Source: Microbacterium schleiferi
GTDB taxonomy: Bacteria; Actinomycetota; Actinomycetes; Actinomycetales; Microbacteriaceae
Assembly (NCBI RefSeq): GCF_038150145.1
Contig: NZ_JBBWSA010000013.1
Coordinates: 27,957-51,956 of the forward strand
Direction of reading: 5' to 3'
DNA: 24,000 bases
Of the stretch, positions 15,736 to 22,568 are shown in pieces. The notes below the pieces were generated by a model that ran no database searches, was not told the origin of the DNA, and saw only the letters and a program-made list of their open reading frames with translations. Each line of letters starts with the position of its first letter. Position 1 is the stretch's first letter. The position numbers and the translations under genes were made by a program.

Positions 15736-16920
15736 TCATGCCGGGCTCCCCGCCGCCACCAGTTGGTCACGGAGGTCACGCACGATCGCGGCCGAGTTCT
15801 CATCGCCCTTCGAAGCGAACAGGAACTCCGCCTCATCGAACCGCCCCCGTGCATCGTCAAGGAGTCCGAGATGGGCAAGCGCATTCCCTTGGTTCGAGAG
15901 CACCCGGGCGCGCCCGAGAGCGTCCTTCTTCGGCGATCGGGTGCGTAGCACCACTTCGTAGAGGTCCACAGCTTCCATGAGGTTGTCACGCTGGCGCGCG
16001 GACGGCGCGTACACCAGCGCGTTGGCGAGATTCAGACGAGCGCTGGCCCATTCCTCGGCGTCGTCTTTCTCATCGAGCAGTCGGGCCGCCGTGCGCAGGG
16101 ACTGGATCGCGATCCCCACACGCAGCATGTCGGCATCCGACATGACGGGCGCCGCCAGGTACGCAGTGCCGAGGTTGAGATGTACGCGGGCGAACAGGGG
16201 CCGGTTCTCGCCCTCATCAAGGTGCCGGAGCGCCTCGGTGTAGCCCTGGATCGCTTCGGTGAGAGAGCGCCGCCCCTCGATCGCCATTCCGTGGACAAGG
16301 CCCGCGCGGTGGTAAAGAGCCTCGGCGTACGCGGCGCGGAGGTCGGTGCCCTTCAGCAGCGCGACTGCCTCGTCGGCATCGGCAAGATTGTGTCCACGAC
16401 CGGCGAGTTCGCTGAGGATGACGCCCGCGAACGCGGGAGCGACGCCGCGGACGTGGTCGGCGGCGGCGCGTAGACATTCGACAGCCTCGTTCTCGTCGCC
16501 GTCATCGAGCGCATGGGCTGCCTGCGCGGTGAGGATCAGTGCGGCAACCTCGCCGGTGGAGCTGCCGACCTCGGGCGGGATGCTGGTCTGCCCGAGCGTG
16601 AAGGCGACATGGTCGACGAGCGGCCGCCACTGGTCCCCGAGCGCGGCAGTGACATCGGTTCGCGCAATGCTGTCAGGGTCGACGACGAAGAGGTTGTAGC
16701 GGTCGACGGGACGGTCGGATGCCGCGAAGACCGCGGCAGCATCCTCGACTCGTCCCTCGTAAGCCAGACGCACCCCTTCGAGCGCGGCGGGCCAGCTCTC
16801 GGGCAGGCGACCGGCAAGCAGCGACTGCCGCGCGGCATCCGTGTCGTCGCCGGCGACCAGCAGCAGACCGGCCGGCAGGGCGAACGCTCCGAGGGGCTGT
16901 GGGCGGTCGATCTCGGTCAT
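15736..16920 (-). CDS. TPR-like repeat protein, hydrogenase-associated, function unknown
   Basis: The ATG at 16920 is in an ATGA overlap with the upstream small ORF. 394 aa. The C-terminal half has TPR-like helical pairs (VHLNLGTAYL, ARLNLANALVY, VLSNQGNALAHLGLLDDA). Confidence 0.7.
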   Translation of the reverse strand: MTEIDRPQPLGAFALPAGLLLVAGDDTDAARQSLLAGRLPESWPAALEGVRLAYEGRVEDAAAVFAASDRPVDRYNLFVVDPDSIARTDVTAALGDQWRPLVDHVAFTLGQTSIPPEVGSSTGEVAALILTAQAAHALDDGDENEAVECLRAAADHVRGVAPAFAGVILSELAGRGHNLADADEAVALLKGTDLRAAYAEALYHRAGLVHGMAIEGRRSLTEAIQGYTEALRHLDEGENRPLFARVHLNLGTAYLAAPVMSDADMLRVGIAIQSLRTAARLLDEKDDAEEWASARLNLANALVYAPSARQRDNLMEAVDLYEVVLRTRSPKKDALGRARVLSNQGNALAHLGLLDDARGRFDEAEFLFASKGDENSAAIVRDLRDQLVAAGSPA

Positions 16921-17231
16921 CGGGAACCCTCTTCGGTGATGGTCAGGCGGCGGCGCTTTCGCGACCATTGTGCTCCCACGAAACCAACCGGGTAGTCATC
17001 GGCGAGCGCTTCACGCAGGAGAACGCTGCGGTCGCCCGCGACGTTGCGTTGCTTGAGCATCAGTCCACCGGATGCGGCGACGCCGACCGGCATCACCACG
17101 ATCTCGCCGGTGGGTGCACGAAGGGCGGCGATCCGGTCATCCGGGAAGTGGGCGCGAGCGAAGTCTGCGGGAAGGCGCAGGTGCCCCTCGGGAGTGAACT
17201 CGACGGTCACCTGCTCGACGTCCTCAGTCAT
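16917..17231 (-). CDS. Small (104 aa) uncharacterised protein, hydrogenase-associated
   Basis: The ATG at 17231 overlaps the protease stop by 8 nt, and its own stop overlaps the TPR gene start. The codon bias is coding-like and I recognised no motif. The N-terminal VTVEFTPEGHLRLPADFARAHF is faintly AbrB/MazE-like. Confidence 0.55.
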   Translation of the reverse strand: MTEDVEQVTVEFTPEGHLRLPADFARAHFPDDRIAALRAPTGEIVVMPVGVAASGGLMLKQRNVAGDRSVLLREALADDYPVGFVGAQWSRKRRRLTITEEGSR

Positions 17232-17787
17232 CGACCTGCTCCTCCAGGTCGGCGATGCGCTCCTGCACGATCCCGAGCGCCCGCTCGACCGCCGCGTCCA
17301 CGACCGGGCTCAGGGGCGCACCGAAGGCGAAGGAACCGCCCTCGATGAGCAGGACGTCGATGTCAGCCGGCATGAGCGGCCCCAAGAGCCACCGGCCGAA
17401 GGCGATCGCGTGATCCCACCGGAAGTCATGGCTTCCCATCGCACCGGCGGGCGGGAGTTCCGCGACGACATCTCCGGGAACGGCGAACAGGGTCCCGGGC
17501 TCGGCGCCGGTACTGGACGCATCGATGATGAGGACCCGGTCGGCGTGACGCATCTCGAACGCGACGCCCATCCCACTGGTGCCCCCGTCGGCAATCCGAA
17601 CCGTCTCCGGCACGGGCCCGGCCTCCCACAGCCGCCTGATCAGGACTGGACCTGCCGCGTCGTCCCCACGCAGGATGTTCCCGCATCCGATGATCAACAG
17701 CTCGACGCGCGAACTCTCGTCACCGTCGTCGATCAACCGCCACGGCTCGACCGCCTCGTCGGTATGAACGGCCGCGCCCGCCTTCAC
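17224..17787 (-). CDS. hupD: Hydrogenase maturation endopeptidase (HupD/HybD/HupW family)
   Basis: The GTG at 17787 is preceded by GAGGGA at a 6-nt spacing, 14 nt after the large-subunit stop. Motifs: LLIIGCGNILRGDDAAGP, IADGGTSG, VLIIDA, SHDFRW. Confidence 0.85.
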   Translation of the reverse strand: MKAGAAVHTDEAVEPWRLIDDGDESSRVELLIIGCGNILRGDDAAGPVLIRRLWEAGPVPETVRIADGGTSGMGVAFEMRHADRVLIIDASSTGAEPGTLFAVPGDVVAELPPAGAMGSHDFRWDHAIAFGRWLLGPLMPADIDVLLIEGGSFAFGAPLSPVVDAAVERALGIVQERIADLEEQVDD

Positions 17788-17801
17788 CTCTTGTCCCTCG
17801 C

Positions 17802-19412
17802 TCAACACATGTTGTTGATGACGAACGACGACATCTCTCGCCCCGTCTTGCCGTCGTAGGCGTGCACCGTGCACACGAGGCACGCGTCGAAGCTACGGGT
17901 GACGTGGCCGAGCTCGACGGGGTCTTCCAGGTCGTAGACGGGAGCCCCGATCAGCGCCTTCTCGATCGGTCCGACGACGGCATCCTTATCGCGCGGCCCG
18001 ATGTTCCACGCGCTCGGAGTGATGACGTTGTAGTTCGCGATCTTGCCGTCCTCGATGACGATCCAGTCCTGCAGCGCGCCGCGGGCAGCCTCCGTGCCGC
18101 CGTAACCGCGCGCCGACACCGGGTCGGTGGGCTCGGCGAAGAACGAACCGTGCAGGTCGATCTGGTTCAGCCAGTTCTTCACGAGCTTGTAGTACTTCGC
18201 AGCCTCGTGCATCCGCGCGAGCTGGCGCACCAGGACCGAGGGTCCCTTCTTGGCCATGACGTCGGTGAACAGCGGATCGTAGTCCTGGAAGTCCTTCGTC
18301 TGCGGCTTGCCCGCAACGACCTGCCGCGCGAGTGGTCCGGCTTCCAGTGGCAGCCGGCCGACCCCGGGCACGTCATAGCGCGGAGCCTTGGCGAAGGAGT
18401 ACTTGTCTTGCTTGGCGCCGAGCTCGGGGTCGATCGCGTTCTGCTCCCCGTCGAAGGGATGCACGACGTCATCGCCGCGATAGAAGGAGTGCGCGACATC
18501 CTCGCTCACCCGCGCCTGGTCGTACTCGTGGTGCGCGCCGTTCGCGTAGACACCCGAGCGCACGACAAGTGCATCGTTGCGGCCCTCGATCGTGGGGTGA
18601 TCGTAGGAGGCCGGGTCGAAGTAGGTACCGGCGGCGATGTAGTTGCCCCATCCCTGCCCGTACAGGTCAAGCCCGATGTCCAAGGCGTAGCGGATGAAGA
18701 ACCCGCAGTCAGAGTCGCGGTGGGCGTCGCTCTCGTCGACCCAGGCCAGGATGTCTTCCCACGTCTTGTTCTCGAGCCACCGGTCGACGGTGCAGCCGAG
18801 CCACTGCTTCTCGAGCCACGCGTTCTTCCAGTTGTCAAGGATCGCGTGCGAGCGGGTCACGTCACTGAGGGTCGGAGCGCCCATGATGCCACCGGGAACC
18901 ATGAAGGACGAGTGCGGCCACTGACCGCCGAAGATCGCGTAGATTTCGACGGGCTTCTGGCTGAGCACGACGCCCGGCTGGTAGCTCGTGCCGACGTAGG
19001 CCGAGAACCTCCGGCAGGCCTCGTCGTAGAGGGGCGAGTTCTTGTACTTCTCGTGCGTGAGGTCGATCGCGAAGATCGCGTAGAAGTAGCGCGGAATCGA
19101 CTGCAGGGTCTCGACCGCCTGCCCGATGTTGCGAACGAGCGTCGCGTTGTGGGGGACGAACGTCTGGAACGCGGTATCCAACGCGTAGCACGCCTTGTAG
19201 AGGTGGCTGCCGCCGCAGATCCCGCAGATGCGGGGCGTCATGATCAGGCCCGCGCGCATGTCCTTGCCCCGCAGGATCGTTTCGAACCCGCGGAACATCA
19301 TGGCCTGCGTCCAGGCATCCGTCACGACACCGTCTTCGATGGTGACGCGCACGTCCAGGTCGCCCTCGACGCGGCCGAGGGGGCTGACGTGCAGATCGAC
19401 GGTAGAACTCAT
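17802..19412 (-). CDS. [NiFe]-hydrogenase large (catalytic) subunit, uptake type; Huc/HupL-like by size and motifs
   Basis: ATG at 19412 with a GAAAGG SD. 536 aa. N-terminal Ni-binding motif TPRICGICGGSH (C63, C66). C-terminal RSFDACLVCTVH (C511, C514, H517), followed by a 19-aa tail that would be the endopeptidase substrate. Confidence 0.95.
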   Translation of the reverse strand: MSSTVDLHVSPLGRVEGDLDVRVTIEDGVVTDAWTQAMMFRGFETILRGKDMRAGLIMTPRICGICGGSHLYKACYALDTAFQTFVPHNATLVRNIGQAVETLQSIPRYFYAIFAIDLTHEKYKNSPLYDEACRRFSAYVGTSYQPGVVLSQKPVEIYAIFGGQWPHSSFMVPGGIMGAPTLSDVTRSHAILDNWKNAWLEKQWLGCTVDRWLENKTWEDILAWVDESDAHRDSDCGFFIRYALDIGLDLYGQGWGNYIAAGTYFDPASYDHPTIEGRNDALVVRSGVYANGAHHEYDQARVSEDVAHSFYRGDDVVHPFDGEQNAIDPELGAKQDKYSFAKAPRYDVPGVGRLPLEAGPLARQVVAGKPQTKDFQDYDPLFTDVMAKKGPSVLVRQLARMHEAAKYYKLVKNWLNQIDLHGSFFAEPTDPVSARGYGGTEAARGALQDWIVIEDGKIANYNVITPSAWNIGPRDKDAVVGPIEKALIGAPVYDLEDPVELGHVTRSFDACLVCTVHAYDGKTGREMSSFVINNMC

Positions 19413-19429
19413 GTGCTGGGCCTTTCGGG

Positions 19430-20401
19430 CTAGACGACGAACATGTCTTCTTTGGACCACTTGGGGGCGGAGATCCGCGCCGCGGCAGCCATGGCCATGT
19501 AGGTGACGTGGTCCTCTCCGGGCGGGAGGTCCTTCGGGATGGCGCCGGCGATCAGCTGCGTCTTGAAGACGGAGCCCGGCATGAGGTCGGCGAACGGGAA
19601 CTCGGGCTCCGTGCATCCGAGGCACGGCATGCCCGCGCGGGTCTTGGAGGACTGGCGGTTCCACAGGATGCGGTTGCACGGCGCGTGGGTCATCGGCCCG
19701 CGGCATCCGAATTCGTAGAACAGGCATCCGGTGCGCGTGCCCTCACCGAAGCTCATCGTGGACTGCTTGAACTCGAAGAAGGTGTTGCGGGTGCAGCCGT
19801 TGTGCACGAACTGGGTGAAGAAGGTCTGGGGCCTGTTCAAGTCATCCAGTGCGATGTCTCCGACGCGGCCCGTGGCCAGCGCAACGATGATCTGCGTGAT
19901 CCAGTCGGGGTGGGCGGGGCAGCCGGGGATGTTGATGACGGGAAGTCCCGACTTGCTGCGCCAGTCGGCGCCGAGGAACCCGCCCTTGGCCTTGCGGTGG
20001 AACTGCAGACCGGTCGAGTCACTCGGGTTGGGTGCGACGGCGGGAAGCCCGCCGAAGCAGGCGCAGTCGCCGATGGCCACGACGATGGATGCCGCCTCGG
20101 CGAGCTCGGTCACCCAGTCCTTCATGGGGCGGTCGGCGAACATGTCGAAGCGGCCCGTGCCGTCGGGGCCTTCGATCACGGTCCCTTCGAACACGAAGAT
20201 GTCGAGCGGCCGCTTGCCCTCGGCGCAGTCTTTGAAGATCTTCTGGGCGTTCTTGCCCATCTCAAGGCCCGTCGTCGGGTGCCAGAGAATCTCCAGCCCG
20301 AAGTCGACAATGAGATCGACCACGCTCGGCTCATCCGCGTTGAGGAACGACATCGTGTTCCCCGAACACGCCCCGCCCTGCAACCACAGCACGCTGGTCA
20401 T
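19430..20401 (-). CDS. [NiFe]-hydrogenase small (Fe-S) subunit, no Tat signal peptide
   Basis: 323 aa, starting directly at the mature-domain motif MTSVLWLQGGACSGN. Further motifs: GDCACFGG, NIPGCPAHPDW, HNGCTRN, GCLFYEFGCRGP, PCNR, PCLGCTEP. ATGA overlap with the upstream gene. Confidence 0.95.
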   Translation of the reverse strand: MTSVLWLQGGACSGNTMSFLNADEPSVVDLIVDFGLEILWHPTTGLEMGKNAQKIFKDCAEGKRPLDIFVFEGTVIEGPDGTGRFDMFADRPMKDWVTELAEAASIVVAIGDCACFGGLPAVAPNPSDSTGLQFHRKAKGGFLGADWRSKSGLPVINIPGCPAHPDWITQIIVALATGRVGDIALDDLNRPQTFFTQFVHNGCTRNTFFEFKQSTMSFGEGTRTGCLFYEFGCRGPMTHAPCNRILWNRQSSKTRAGMPCLGCTEPEFPFADLMPGSVFKTQLIAGAIPKDLPPGEDHVTYMAMAAAARISAPKWSKEDMFVV

Positions 20402-21000
20402 GCCTGCTCTCCTTCCGTTGCGGTGGTCTCTCCCTCTGCACGGAGGGAGCGACCGAGTTCCTTGACGATCCGCAGCGCGAAGGCAAGCCCTCGCCTGACA
20501 TCCGGATCGCGGGTCATGCCGCTGATCGCGATGATGCTCGGCGGCTTCTGCTCAGCCTCGGCCTGCGCCTGCTCGGTGGCGCGACTCACGCCGCCGGCCA
20601 GCCTCGTCAGCAGATCGAGAAGCGCTGGGTCGAGCAGGCCCGAGGACCCGATCTTCTCGACGAGATCGGCATCGGCCACGTGCTCCAAGACGGGAATGGC
20701 CTGGTCGGCGACCTTCAGGAGCGCAGGGCCGGCTGCCACTGCCCGCTTACCGACCGGACTCTCGGTGACCATCGCCACGGCTTCGTGGTAGCTGGTCGCG
20801 ACGTTCTCGACGATGTTGTCGGAGTGCGCGAAGAAGCCGCCCACGACGTCGAGGAGCCCCGCGACGAGCTCCGCGTTGTCGAGCAGGTGGTTGAGGGCAG
20901 CGACGGTCTCTGGATCACCGAGCCGCTGGCGAAGGCGCTCGGCCTCGATGTCGGCGCCTGTGATCATCTTCGCGTCGTCCGGCGAGAGCACAGTGCTCAT
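20398..21000 (-). CDS. DUF1641-like helical protein, first gene of the hydrogenase operon; candidate third hydrogenase subunit or scaffold
   Basis: The ATG at 21000 is preceded by GGAGGA at a 6-nt spacing. 200 aa and predicted helical. The C-terminal block PPSIIAISGMTRDPDVRRGLAFALRIVKELG resembles the DUF1641 signature. Its stop overlaps the small-subunit ATG (ATGA). Confidence 0.7.
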   Translation of the reverse strand: MSTVLSPDDAKMITGADIEAERLRQRLGDPETVAALNHLLDNAELVAGLLDVVGGFFAHSDNIVENVATSYHEAVAMVTESPVGKRAVAAGPALLKVADQAIPVLEHVADADLVEKIGSSGLLDPALLDLLTRLAGGVSRATEQAQAEAEQKPPSIIAISGMTRDPDVRRGLAFALRIVKELGRSLRAEGETTATEGEQA

Positions 21001-21123
21001 ACGGCGTCCTCCGATCGGGGCACTCCGCGACGAGGTGCCCTGGCATGAATGTATCCCTGGCGCCCGGTGCATAGCATCCGGAATGCGCAGGGTTTATCCT
21101 CAGAGCGATCCTCTGGAGGACAT

Positions 21124-22110
21124 ATGGTTCGTCCCCTCCGCACGCCGCCAGCCCTGGCGAGTGCCCCGTCGGTGCGCACCGACGACCCGCGGCGTCTCGC
21201 CGGTGAACTCGGTGCTCTCCTGGGCGAGGGCACCGTCGCCGTCCACGACAACCGCGCGAGCCTCGACGGCGCGCTGTTCACCCGCAGCTTCGACACGATC
21301 TCGTTGGGATACCTCGACATCGGCACCCCGACCACCATCGACATCCCGGTCACTGCCGACGCCGTCACGGTCTGCATGAACCAGGGCGGAGCGCTCACGG
21401 CGCGCGTAGACGGAGTCACAGTGCACACCACGACGGTCCAGGCGATCGTGCTCTCACCGCGCACCGCGGTGCGGCTGGAGATGACTCCCGAATCTCCCCA
21501 GCTCCTCGTCCGGCTCGAGCGGCACGCCGTGGAAGCCGCCGTGGCTCGCACCCTCGGCCGACGCGTCAGCGAACCACTGCGATTCGAGCCCTTGTTCGAT
21601 CTGAGCTCTCCCGAAAGCATCCGGTGGAGCATCGCGGTGCAGCTGCTGAGCACCGAATCCATGACCGATTCGTCGCTGCTGACCCTGCCCCTGGGTCGAC
21701 AGAGCATCGCCGACCTCCTGGTCGCATCCCTGCTCCTCCTGCAGCCCTCGAACTACTCCAACTCCCTGAGGCGACAGGCAACGTCGGGTCTCATGGTCGA
21801 CGCCCTCGCCTACATCGAGCAGCATCTGGCCGAGCCCTTCTCGCCGGCGGCCCTTGCCCACGCGGTGCATGTCTCCCCGCGCCATCTGCAGCAGACCTTC
21901 CGCGACCGCCTGGGCACAACGCCGTCAGGATACGTTCGCGACCAGCGACTGCAGCGGGTGCGCATCGATCTGACGGATGCCGACCCCAGGCGCGGCGCGA
22001 CAGTCGCGGGGATCGCACAGCGGTGGGGGTTTACCCACGCCGGCCGGTTCGCGAACGAGTACCGCGACCGCTTCGGAGAATCGCCCTCTCGCACCCTTCG
22101 CGGCGCGTGA
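21124..22110 (+). CDS. AraC-family transcriptional regulator (N-terminal effector domain plus C-terminal dual HTH)
   Basis: The ATG at 21124 is preceded by TGGAGGA. 328 aa. C-terminal AraC HTH: ALAHAVHVSPRHLQQTFRDRLGTTPSGYVRDQRL...IAQRWGFTHAGRFANEYRDRFGESPS. It is divergent (123 bp) from the hydrogenase operon. Confidence 0.85.
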   Translation: MVRPLRTPPALASAPSVRTDDPRRLAGELGALLGEGTVAVHDNRASLDGALFTRSFDTISLGYLDIGTPTTIDIPVTADAVTVCMNQGGALTARVDGVTVHTTTVQAIVLSPRTAVRLEMTPESPQLLVRLERHAVEAAVARTLGRRVSEPLRFEPLFDLSSPESIRWSIAVQLLSTESMTDSSLLTLPLGRQSIADLLVASLLLLQPSNYSNSLRRQATSGLMVDALAYIEQHLAEPFSPAALAHAVHVSPRHLQQTFRDRLGTTPSGYVRDQRLQRVRIDLTDADPRRGATVAGIAQRWGFTHAGRFANEYRDRFGESPSRTLRGA

Positions 22111-22161
22111 TCACCCTGGCGCGTTCCGCCGGAGCGCCGATTGGATCTAGGGTGAGGGCAT

Positions 22162-22175
22162 CCCCACCGGTGGGG
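22162..22175. promoter_or_regulatory. 14-nt perfect GC-rich palindrome CCCCACCGGTGGGG immediately upstream of the hypA SD
   Basis: Read directly from the sequence: ccccacc/ggtgggg at 22162-22175, 12 nt before the hypA ATG. Its function (operator or RNA structure) is unknown. Confidence 0.3.
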
Positions 22176-22187
22176 TCGGAGGGCCGG

Positions 22188-22568
22188 ATGCACGAGCTGT
22201 CGTTGTGCCGATCGATCGCTGCGATCGCTGAGCGTTCGAGCGCGGGCCGCCCCGTGCTCTCGATCCAGCTCGATGTCGGTCAGCTCCGCCAGGTGGTGCC
22301 CGAGACGCTCGTGTATTGCTGGGGCATCGTGTGCGAGAACTCGCCGTCGTTGTCTGGATCGCGGCTCGAGGTGACCTCGATCCCGGCCATCGTCACGTGC
22401 CGCGAGTGCACCACCGATTCGACGATCGAGGGAGTGCCGATCCTGGTCTGCGCGTCATGCGGAAGTGGATCGGTGGTCGTACGATCTGGGGAGGAATTCC
22501 TCGTCCGGTCAATGGAGGTCGGCGAAAAGGAAGGGAAGACCGATGGGTCGCTTTCACCGCCACGATGA
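22188..22568 (+). CDS. hypA: Hydrogenase nickel-insertion metallochaperone HypA
   Basis: N-terminal MHELSLC (Ni-binding MHE motif). Zinc site CRECTT...CASCGS. A GGAGGG lies upstream. 126 aa; the last 26 nt overlap hypB. Confidence 0.85.
   Translation: MHELSLCRSIAAIAERSSAGRPVLSIQLDVGQLRQVVPETLVYCWGIVCENSPSLSGSRLEVTSIPAIVTCRECTTDSTIEGVPILVCASCGSGSVVVRSGEEFLVRSMEVGEKEGKTDGSLSPPR

Noticed and set aside
17862-19433. 523-aa plus-strand ORF antisense to the hydrogenase large subunit. Similar antisense ORFs: 19508..20791, 9361..10707, 11103..12071, 13908..14531, 14261..15421, 22807..23502, 5966..6655 and 7735..8748.
   Set aside because: All of them lie opposite genes with unambiguous catalytic motifs. 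They have Arg/Pro/Ala-biased low-complexity translations and lack SD sequences. Long antisense open frames are expected at ~70% GC.
20300-20401. Tat (twin-arginine) signal peptide on the hydrogenase small subunit
   Set aside because: The protein starts directly at the conserved LWLQGG-C motif. There is no RRxFxK leader and no in-frame upstream extension, because the upstream sequence is the coupled DUF1641-like gene. The enzyme is therefore predicted to be cytosolic or membrane-associated, not periplasmic.
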